Source of the DNA: a virus
Lineage: Duplodnaviria; Caudoviricetes
Direction: 5' to 3' (one strand)
Length of the DNA stretch: 50,054 nucleotides
Virus record (IMG/VR): IMGVR_UViG_3300020358_000009
Span: 1 to 50,054 of that record
Shown: positions 1 to 7,147 of the stretch, piece by piece
Layout of the letters: each line of letters opens with the position of its first letter
Position numbering within the stretch: position 1 is the stretch's first letter
Program-made: the position numbers and the translations under genes
Notes under the pieces: generated by a model
Database searches by the model: none
What the model was told of the DNA's origin: nothing
Seen by the model: the letters and a program-made list of their open reading frames with translations, nothing else

Positions 1-3
1 ATT

Positions 4-165
4 ATGCCAACAGTAAAATATAGTTGTCCAGATACTGGAAAGTCAATGAAAAAAAGTTTTCCTTACAATGCAGTAGGTAAAGCTCAAGCACACACATTTG
101 CAAAAACCATGGGTGGGTCTATGAAGAACAATCCTACTACAAAAATGACAGAAGAAGGTTATTAA
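4..165 (+). CDS. small hypothetical protein (53 aa, MPTVKYSCPDTGK...)
   Basis: Read manually; below the ORF-track cutoff; its TAA overlaps the next ATG (TAATG). Confidence 0.7.
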   Translation: MPTVKYSCPDTGKSMKKSFPYNAVGKAQAHTFAKTMGGSMKNNPTTKMTEEGY

Positions 166-413
166 TGGGTGAGCTTAAAAAATGGCGAGATGAAAAATGG
201 GTAAGGATTGGAACAGATGGTTCAATCAAGGGAGCTTGTGGAACAAGCAAAAATAAAAAAAATCCTGATAGATGTCTTCCATTAGCTAAAGCCAAGTCTT
301 TAAGCAAAAGAGAAAGAGCCAAAACCGCTAGAAAAAAGAAAGCATCAGGTGGTAAAAAGCAGTTTGTATCAAATACAAAAAAAGCAAAAGTAACTAAAAA
401 GTATACTAAGTAA
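165..413 (+). CDS. small Lys-rich phage protein (DUF5872-like)
   Basis: LKKWRDEKWV...CG...RCLP pattern common in marine phages; translationally coupled to neighbours. Confidence 0.7.
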   Translation: MGELKKWRDEKWVRIGTDGSIKGACGTSKNKKNPDRCLPLAKAKSLSKRERAKTARKKKASGGKKQFVSNTKKAKVTKKYTK

Positions 414-703
414 TGGCTGACAAAAGTAAAATGTCTTGTAACAAACCTACTCGCTCAGATAGAGCAGGTAAAAAGAAAATGGTAAAAGGTTGCGAAGGCG
501 GTAAAGAAAAACTTATTCATTTTGGAGCAAAAGGATATGGACATAATTATTCAGCAGCTGCAAGAAAAAGTTTTAAAGCACGTCACAAATGTGGAACAGC
601 TAAATCAAAATTAACTGCACGCTATTGGTCATGCAAAAATTTGTGGGCCGGAAAAGGAGGATCGACTAAATCTAGTCCTTCAAATAGAAGAGGAAAATAT
701 TAG
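413..703 (+). CDS. small basic phage protein
   Basis: KLIHFGAKGY...ARKSFKARHKC...ARYWSC..LW motif typical of marine phage small basic proteins. Confidence 0.8.
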   Translation: MADKSKMSCNKPTRSDRAGKKKMVKGCEGGKEKLIHFGAKGYGHNYSAAARKSFKARHKCGTAKSKLTARYWSCKNLWAGKGGSTKSSPSNRRGKY

Positions 704-711
704 TATATTTG
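704..711 (+). promoter_or_regulatory. Bacteroidota-type -7 promoter box TATATTTG
   Basis: Matches TAnnTTTG; intergenic, 20 nt upstream of ATG 732. Confidence 0.6.
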
Positions 712-731
712 TAAAAACTAAAACAATTATT

Positions 732-950
732 ATGGCACAAGGATACAATGCTCGTTTAGATGAATCAATCGGAGCGAGAAATGGAAAAAAGAAACAATCT
801 TTAAAAGATCGTAGAGACGAGTCTAAAGCAATGTCTAAAAAAGATTACGGACATTCTTATGGCGCAGATAGTGGAATGTCTTACAGACATCATCATCCTG
901 CACATGTTAAAGGAGTTAAAAAACACTTGACAGGTTTAATAAAAAAGTAA
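732..950 (+). CDS. small basic hypothetical protein
   Basis: ORF with A-rich start context; QGYNARLDESIG motif. Confidence 0.75.
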   Translation: MAQGYNARLDESIGARNGKKKQSLKDRRDESKAMSKKDYGHSYGADSGMSYRHHHPAHVKGVKKHLTGLIKK

Positions 951-951
951 A

Positions 952-1152
952 ATGGCAATAAAGAAAAAAGCATTTCCTGCTATTAAAAAAAAGAATGAGG
1001 GAAAATTTTCTTCATGGGCTAAAAAAAATGGGTTTTCGGACACATGTAAGGCTGCATCAGCAGTAATGAAAAGCCCAAAGAAATATTCTCAGACTATAGT
1101 GAAGCAGGCTAATTATGCTAACAACTTTGGCTGTTCAACAAAAAAGAAATAA
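952..1152 (+). CDS. small basic hypothetical protein
   Basis: IKKKNEGKFSSWAKK...KQANYANN motif; tight gene packing. Confidence 0.75.
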   Translation: MAIKKKAFPAIKKKNEGKFSSWAKKNGFSDTCKAASAVMKSPKKYSQTIVKQANYANNFGCSTKKK

Positions 1153-1292
1153 TGGGAAAATTTTTGGTAAAGGCAGGATTATGGATTCAAAAAGTTTGGT
1201 GCAAGATTTTATGTAAATGGAATTGGTTAGTATCTAAACTTATTGTTGATGTTCAAGAATGTCCTGTAGCACAATGTATGTGTAAAAAATAA
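1152..1292 (+). CDS. Cys/Trp-rich hypothetical protein (46 aa, MGKFLVKAGLWIQKVWCK...)
   Basis: Read manually; TAATG overlap with the upstream gene. Confidence 0.6.
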   Translation: MGKFLVKAGLWIQKVWCKILCKWNWLVSKLIVDVQECPVAQCMCKK

Positions 1293-1298
1293 ATTAAA

Positions 1299-1454
1299 AT
1301 GAAATCAAAAGGATTAGGAGATAGCGTTGAAAAATTTACTAAAGCGACTGGAATAAAAACAGTTGTGGAATCAATCAGTAAGGCAACAGGGAAACCTTGC
1401 GGATGTAATCAAAGACGTGATAGTTTAAACAGAATGTTCCCTTATAATAAATAA
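1299..1454 (+). CDS. small phage protein (51 aa, MKSKGLGDSVEK...CGC..RRDSLN)
   Basis: Read manually; GLGD...CGC motif common in marine phages. Confidence 0.75.
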   Translation: MKSKGLGDSVEKFTKATGIKTVVESISKATGKPCGCNQRRDSLNRMFPYNK

Positions 1455-1457
1455 GAA

Positions 1458-1715
1458 ATGGCTTATACAAAATTACAAGCAGGTAGAGCTGCATTAGTTG
1501 TCCCAAGTGACACAGACCAAATTCCAGCAGTAACTGGTGGAACAAATAATGGCTGTGCTTTGTATATAGGCACACCTGGAAATATTAGAGTAAAAACTGT
1601 AGGAGGTGACGATGTTATTTTTACAGGAGTTTATGCAGGGCAATTTTTCCCTGTAAATGTTTTGCAAGTATTTAGTACAGGAACTACTGCAGGAGAAATT
1701 GTAGCACTATGGTAG
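1458..1715 (+). CDS. head spike base protein, RcGTA Rcc01079-like
   Basis: V.PSD...ALYIG..GNIRV....G..V.F..V.AG...PV.V..V..TGTTA..IVALW pattern matches the Rcc01079 family as recalled. Confidence 0.7.
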   Translation: MAYTKLQAGRAALVVPSDTDQIPAVTGGTNNGCALYIGTPGNIRVKTVGGDDVIFTGVYAGQFFPVNVLQVFSTGTTAGEIVALW

Positions 1716-1780
1716 GATATACTCAAAACAACAGTGCATTATTAGACTTAGAAGTGAATTATATACTTATAAGAAAATAA
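1709..1780 (+). CDS. possible 23-aa micro-ORF (MVGYTQNNSALLDLEVNYILIRK)
   Basis: Fills the gap exactly, overlapping the upstream stop and the downstream ATG. Confidence 0.35.
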   Translation: MVGYTQNNSALLDLEVNYILIRK

Positions 1781-1941
1781 TGACAATGCAGGATACTAAA
1801 ATATATGTATTAAATTTCTTAAGTCTAGCTGTGTCATTTACCCATGTTGAAATGGCTTTAAAATTAATTCTATTATCAGCTTCTATTATTTATACAGCTC
1901 AAAGAATATGGATTAATTACAATGAGAAGAAAAATAAATAA
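1780..1941 (+). CDS. small membrane protein, putative holin (53 aa)
   Basis: MTMQDTKIYVLNFLSLAVSFTHVEMALKLILLSASIIYTAQRIWINYNEKKNK: hydrophobic core and basic C-tail, directly before the endolysin. Confidence 0.65.
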   Translation: MTMQDTKIYVLNFLSLAVSFTHVEMALKLILLSASIIYTAQRIWINYNEKKNK

Positions 1942-2332
1942 AATAATCATTCATTGTTCAGCAACTCCACCTAAAATGGATGTAGATGCAGAAACAGTAA
2001 ATGAATGGCATTTGAAAAATGGGTGGTCAGGTATTGGCTACCATTTTTTTATTAAAAGAGATGGTCAGATCGAACTAGGTCGACCAATAGAAAGCAAAGG
2101 AGCGCACACAAAAGGACAAAACAGCAATAGCATAGGAGTATGTTATGCAGGTGGGGTAGATTCAGATATGTGTCCAGAAGATAATAGAACAGAAAAACAA
2201 AAAGAAAGTTTTATTTTATTGTTGAAATTTTTAAAAAATATATTTCCTAAAGCAGTTATACATGGGCATAGAGATTTTTCACCAAAATCATGTCCAAGTT
2301 TTGACGCAACTAAAGAATACAACAAATTATGA
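1922..2332 (+). CDS. N-acetylmuramoyl-L-alanine amidase endolysin (T7 lysozyme/Amidase_2 type)
   Basis: IIIHCSAT, GWSGIGYH, GAH, SIGVCY.GG, GHRDF..KSCPSF Zn-amidase motifs. Confidence 0.95.
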   Translation: MRRKINKIIIHCSATPPKMDVDAETVNEWHLKNGWSGIGYHFFIKRDGQIELGRPIESKGAHTKGQNSNSIGVCYAGGVDSDMCPEDNRTEKQKESFILLLKFLKNIFPKAVIHGHRDFSPKSCPSFDATKEYNKL

Positions 2333-2724
2333 AAAAACTATGGCAATGGCTCAGCGGAAATGTAATAAAAGACGTTGGCGAAGTATTAGATAATCTTATA
2401 ACAACTGATGAGGAAAGGTTAGAAGCAAAACAAAAAATAACAAAAATTTTAGAACAAGCTGATAAAGAAGCTCAAGAACAAGTTACCGAACGTTGGAAAT
2501 TTGACATGGCATCAGATTCTTTCTTGTCTAAAAATATTCGTCCAATGGTACTTATATATTTAACAGTTATATTTACTGCATTATGTTTTACAGATGGAAA
2601 CATTGGTAGCTTTACAATATCAAAAGAATACATTCCCATTTTTCAAACATTACTTGTTACTGTATACGGTGCTTATTTTGTTGGAAGAAGCTGGGAGAAG
2701 GCTTCAAAGAAAATTAAAGAATAA
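2329..2724 (+). CDS. 3TM holin (GTA_holin_3TM-like)
   Basis: RW..DM.SDS.LSKNIRP plus hydrophobic segments and YFVGRSWEK; follows the endolysin. Confidence 0.8.
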   Translation: MKKLWQWLSGNVIKDVGEVLDNLITTDEERLEAKQKITKILEQADKEAQEQVTERWKFDMASDSFLSKNIRPMVLIYLTVIFTALCFTDGNIGSFTISKEYIPIFQTLLVTVYGAYFVGRSWEKASKKIKE

Positions 2725-2728
2725 TTAT

Positions 2729-2736
2729 TACCTTTG
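2729..2736 (+). promoter_or_regulatory. Bacteroidota-type -7 promoter box TACCTTTG
   Basis: TAnnTTTG in the intergenic gap upstream of 2760. Confidence 0.6.
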
Positions 2737-2759
2737 CATAATAACCTTAATTTAATAAA

Positions 2760-2990
2760 ATGAAAAATTTAGAAAAAACAGAATTAGTAAATTTACAAAC
2801 TTTAAATTCAGATTTTGTAAAGTTAAAAACTCAATTAGGTGATTTAGAATTACAAAAGCACTTAATAATAGAGCAAGTACAAGAAGTTAGAAAAAACTTC
2901 TCTGATTTAGAAGCTAAGCTTATAAAAAAATACGGAGAAAACACAACTATTAACTTGCAAACAGGTGAAATAAAAGAAAAAGAAAAATAA
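2760..2990 (+). CDS. small coiled-coil protein
   Basis: Heptad-like Leu pattern; KYG...INLQTGEI C-terminus. Confidence 0.8.
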   Translation: MKNLEKTELVNLQTLNSDFVKLKTQLGDLELQKHLIIEQVQEVRKNFSDLEAKLIKKYGENTTINLQTGEIKEKEK

Positions 2991-2994
2991 TAAA

Positions 2995-5900
2995 ATGGCA
3001 AAAATTAGCAATACTTTATCGTACCCAGGTCAATCTCCGATTGAAGGGGCAGACTATTTAATTGGAACAGCAGCTAACTCTAACCCAATTAGTCTACAAA
3101 CAAAAACATTTACAATACAAGGTATTGCTGATTTTGTCATTGATACCGCATTTCAAGGTGTATCATATCGACTTCCTATTTTTACAGCATCAAGTGCAGG
3201 ACAAGAGTCAGTTTTATTGGTAAACTCATTATTTTATCAAGATACAGCAGCTCCAGCAGGAGACAAAGTTGATTCAGTACTTGGTACAACAGTATATTTA
3301 GATGATGGTTTTGGAGTAGGAAGCCTAGAGATTGCTGAAAATTTAACTATTGGAAAAATAACTGTTGCAAATGGATTAGTAAATGTAAACGGAGGAATTT
3401 ATTTTAATTCTGAAGTTTACGATGCAAATAATAATGCAGGTACAGGGGAGCAAGTTTTAGTTTCTCAAACCGATGGTACTGTCGAATGGCAGAACTATCA
3501 GGGTTCTGGACTAGAGTTTCAAGGTAGCTGGGATGCAAGAACAGCAGCAGAGGGTGGAGCTTTAGGTGATGGAGGTATTCCTGATTTATTACAAGTACCT
3601 TTAATTGCTTCTAACACAGGTAAATATTGGATTGTTACTGCAGATGGTAGCGCTGCTCTAACCACTGAAGGTGGTGGAACAATAACTGATTGGAAAATTG
3701 GAGATTGGGCAATAGTATCAGAAGACTTAAACAACAATATATTTTGGGATAAAATAGACAACTCATCAGTATTAACAGGTGCAGGTACAGCAGGTAACAT
3801 TGCAATATGGACTTCTTCTAATGAATTAGGGGATGCTCCAATAGTTGTAGATCCTATTCCAGGAGGCACGTCACTTGCGTTTAACAAAACAGTAACTCAT
3901 ACAATTACAGGTACTGCAGGATCGAATGCATTTGGTAGTGACCAGTTAATTACAGCAGATTTAGCTATTAGTGGTGGAGAAGACAATGAAAATTCTGGTC
4001 AATCATCAATTGTAATTGGAGCTAATATTACTAACGCTGCTGAAGAAGCAGCTGTATTTGGAGGAGGTCATACAGTTAGCGTAACCGCCACTGCATCTTT
4101 AGTTGGAGGCTCTAGTAATTTAGTTGATGGAGAACAAAGTATTGTAGGAGGTATCACCCATACTGTTACAGGAGATAACACTGCTGTATTTGGAGACACA
4201 AATGATGTTAGTGGAGCTAACAGCTTAGCTTCAGGAGCTACTAATATTGCTTCTGGAGTATCTTCATTAGTAAGTGGAGAAACCTCAACAGCAAGTGGAC
4301 AGTATTCTGCGGCTATAGGTAAATCCGCCACAGCATCTGGAAAGGCTTCTATGGCACTCGGAGCTTCTGCATTAGCATCAGGTGATGCTAGTTTTGCTTC
4401 AGGAGAAGATACAATAGCAAGTGGAGATTTTTCTACAGCAATGGGAAAAACCTCAACAGCCTCTGGAATAACTTCCACAGCTATAGGTTTTGGAAATTCA
4501 GCAACCGGAGGAAATTCAGTAGCTATAGGAAGTAGCACAACAGCTTCAGCAGGTCAAAGTTTTGCATGTGGAAGCAGCACAACAGCTTCAGGAGACAAAT
4601 CTTTTGCATCAGGACAAAGCACAATAGCAAGTGGAACTTCTTCTACAGCAATGGGAAAAGACACAGAAGCAAGTGGACTACAGTCTATGGCTACAGGTGA
4701 GAATACTGAAGCAAGTGGAAATTGGTCTTTTGCGACTGGAGACTCCACAATAGCAAGCGGAAACTTTTCTTTGGCAGGAGGAGACACCTCTAAAGCAGGA
4801 GGGAATTATTCTGTGTCACTAGGACTAGGTTCAGAAGCAAGTGGAGATGCGGCAATAGCAATGGGTGACAATTCAACAATAGCAAGTGGAGCTACTTCGG
4901 TATCAATGGGACAAGGCACATTAGCAAGTGGAATTGCTTCTGTATCAATGGGAGGCGGCACAACTGCAAGTGGAGATTTTTCTATTTCATTAGGTAAATC
5001 AAATCAGGCAAGTGGTGATGTTTCTATAGCTATAGGTGATGCAAACATAGCTTCAGGTTTTTTTGCACAAGCTTATGGTAAAGATTCAGAAGCAAGTGGA
5101 GATAATTCTTTTGCTTTTGGAACACTTAGTACAACAACAGCATCAGGTGAAGGTAGTTTTACTTTTGGTGAGGATAATGAATCTGTAGGTGTGGCATCTT
5201 TTACTTTTGGAGGGGGCAATATAGCTAACGGAGATAATTCTTATACTTTGGGTAAAGGAAACACAACAAGCTCAACGGCCGATTTTTCTATTGCTTTAGG
5301 TGATTCAAACCAAGTTGCAGGTGAAAAATCAATTGTAATTGGGACAGGTTTAAATGGGACTGATTTTAGACAGATAATTTTAGGCTCACATAATGTTCCT
5401 GTTATTGGAAGTGTAAACACTTGGAGTGCTATTGACAACTTGTTAATCGTTGGTAATGGTGAAGATGCGGCTAACCAATCAAATGCTTTAGAAATAAAGA
5501 AAAATGGATTTTTTAAACTACCAAGTTATGGTTCAGGAACTGTTATAGGAATTCCTGAAAGAAATATAGTAGTAGATTCTAGTGGTAATTTAATCGAAAG
5601 TGGATTACCTGAAAACAAATTTATTTTAACTGGAATGGTAAATAATTTAGCTAGCCAAGCGAGTGGATATGACTTTATGCAGTGGACATCAAATGTTACT
5701 CCAGACACTCAAATTCCTTTATTTAGAACACCTGTAAATTTCAGGCTTACAAAAGTAACTTGGGTATGGTCAGGAGCTTCAGCATTAAATATACCTTCAG
5801 GAAGTGATGTTAAATTTTCAATAGGAACAATTCCTAGTAATACTAACCCTGTGATTGCTAACTATACATCAATTAGTGATATATTTGTTATTGACAATAC

Positions 5901-6057
5901 CGATAATGGAACTTGGGCCTCTGGCGATGCTAACGTATCAGCTTCTAACATAACCGCATCATCAGGAGACCATATAGCTATAATAGGTACTGAAACAGGA
6001 GCTATAACACCAAATGATGGAGAGTTGTCAATATCATTGATGTTTACTGAAATATAA
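2995..6057 (+). CDS. fibre/spike protein with YadA-head (Hep/Hag)-like beta-roll repeats
   Basis: Long run of about 14-aa ASGxxSxAxG repeats, then LLIVGNG...SNALEI; FQGSWDA...W.IGDW..WDKIDN fibre domain in the N-terminal part. Confidence 0.85.
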   Translation: MAKISNTLSYPGQSPIEGADYLIGTAANSNPISLQTKTFTIQGIADFVIDTAFQGVSYRLPIFTASSAGQESVLLVNSLFYQDTAAPAGDKVDSVLGTTVYLDDGFGVGSLEIAENLTIGKITVANGLVNVNGGIYFNSEVYDANNNAGTGEQVLVSQTDGTVEWQNYQGSGLEFQGSWDARTAAEGGALGDGGIPDLLQVPLIASNTGKYWIVTADGSAALTTEGGGTITDWKIGDWAIVSEDLNNNIFWDKIDNSSVLTGAGTAGNIAIWTSSNELGDAPIVVDPIPGGTSLAFNKTVTHTITGTAGSNAFGSDQLITADLAISGGEDNENSGQSSIVIGANITNAAEEAAVFGGGHTVSVTATASLVGGSSNLVDGEQSIVGGITHTVTGDNTAVFGDTNDVSGANSLASGATNIASGVSSLVSGETSTASGQYSAAIGKSATASGKASMALGASALASGDASFASGEDTIASGDFSTAMGKTSTASGITSTAIGFGNSATGGNSVAIGSSTTASAGQSFACGSSTTASGDKSFASGQSTIASGTSSTAMGKDTEASGLQSMATGENTEASGNWSFATGDSTIASGNFSLAGGDTSKAGGNYSVSLGLGSEASGDAAIAMGDNSTIASGATSVSMGQGTLASGIASVSMGGGTTASGDFSISLGKSNQASGDVSIAIGDANIASGFFAQAYGKDSEASGDNSFAFGTLSTTTASGEGSFTFGEDNESVGVASFTFGGGNIANGDNSYTLGKGNTTSSTADFSIALGDSNQVAGEKSIVIGTGLNGTDFRQIILGSHNVPVIGSVNTWSAIDNLLIVGNGEDAANQSNALEIKKNGFFKLPSYGSGTVIGIPERNIVVDSSGNLIESGLPENKFILTGMVNNLASQASGYDFMQWTSNVTPDTQIPLFRTPVNFRLTKVTWVWSGASALNIPSGSDVKFSIGTIPSNTNPVIANYTSISDIFVIDNTDNGTWASGDANVSASNITASSGDHIAIIGTETGAITPNDGELSISLMFTEI

Positions 6058-6072
6058 ATAAAATTAAATATA

Positions 6073-6303
6073 ATGGATATAAGAAAAATATCAATTGGCG
6101 CTGATTATAAATCTAGCGCCATGCACTACATAGTTAATCAGGAGATTTTTAATGGAAGTTATTATATTCATTTAATAAAGCATATAAGCGAAAGCAACTC
6201 TATAAAAGTTTGGATTGAAAATAAAAAAGGAGAAATATTCCTTTGGAAAGAATTCAATTCTAATATGCCAATATCAATTGAATATAATATTAATTTTGAA
6301 TGA
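6073..6303 (+). CDS. conserved hypothetical phage protein
   Basis: IRKISIGADYK...WKEFN.NMPISIEYN pattern; sits before the GroES-like gene. Confidence 0.8.
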   Translation: MDIRKISIGADYKSSAMHYIVNQEIFNGSYYIHLIKHISESNSIKVWIENKKGEIFLWKEFNSNMPISIEYNINFE

Positions 6304-6863
6304 AATCACCTTTTTATTTCATTGTAAAACCAAGCAATGACAAAAGATATGATAATACTAAAAAGATTGGAAATGTTAACTTTATAACAAGTACATCTAA
6401 AGAAGATCATACCTCATCAAATAGATACGCAATAGTTATTGAAACACCCATAAACTATTCAGGCCCTGTAGAACCAGGAGACACACTTTTAGTTCATCAT
6501 AATGTTTTTAAATATTATAATGATATGAAAGGAAAAGAAAGAAGTGGAAAAAGTTTTTTTAAAGATAATTTGTTTTTTATTGATTACGATCAATTTTTTA
6601 TGTTTAAAAGTAAAGACACTTGGTCGTGCCACTCCAAATACTGTATGGTAAAACCTTTACCTAAAAAAAACAATTACCTTAAAACACATCAAGAAGAAGA
6701 ACCATTAATTGGATTAATAAAGTATTCTAATGAAAACTTAATTAGTAAAGGGATTAATAAAGGTGATAAAGTTTCATTTCAACCAGATAGTGAATATGAA
6801 TATAATGTGGATGGAGAAAAACTATATAGAATGCTTACCAATAACATAACCTTGGTTTTATGA
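6300..6863 (+). CDS. GroES-like co-chaperonin (apparently two tandem domains)
   Basis: FIVKP...VE.GDTLLVHHN and MVKP...G.IKY...GINKGDKV.F...EYEY.VDGEKLYRM resemble two GroES folds. Confidence 0.6.
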   Translation: MKSPFYFIVKPSNDKRYDNTKKIGNVNFITSTSKEDHTSSNRYAIVIETPINYSGPVEPGDTLLVHHNVFKYYNDMKGKERSGKSFFKDNLFFIDYDQFFMFKSKDTWSCHSKYCMVKPLPKKNNYLKTHQEEEPLIGLIKYSNENLISKGINKGDKVSFQPDSEYEYNVDGEKLYRMLTNNITLVL

Positions 6864-7147
6864 ATAATATTGAATTAAAATTAGAAATAATTAAAGCAGG
6901 GAAAAAAGCTGTAAAAGAGCTTATAAAAGTTGCAAATGAAGGTATATTAAAAAAAGACTTAGATGGGTTAGCTCCTGACATTGCAGCAGATAGATTAAAA
7001 AATGCAGCCGCTTCTAAAAAGCTAGCTATTTTTGATGCATTTGAAATATTATCTAAAATTGAAGAAGAAAATAGTATGATTAACACAGATAACGCAGAAA
7101 CAAAAGCAGCGTCATTTAAAGGCTTTGCAGAAGGTAGGTCAAAATAA
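6860..7147 (+). CDS. putative terminase small subunit
   Basis: Small helical protein coupled directly upstream of TerL. Confidence 0.55.
   Translation: MNNIELKLEIIKAGKKAVKELIKVANEGILKKDLDGLAPDIAADRLKNAAASKKLAIFDAFEILSKIEEENSMINTDNAETKAASFKGFAEGRSK

Noticed and set aside
3519-5708. Several minus-strand ORFs opposite the fibre gene
   Set aside because: Antisense shadows of Gly/Ala/Ser-rich repetitive codons; no start context or independent signal
2995-6057. Diversity-generating retroelement targeting the fibre
   Set aside because: No reverse transcriptase and no TR/VR pair with adenine-specific mismatches seen in the window
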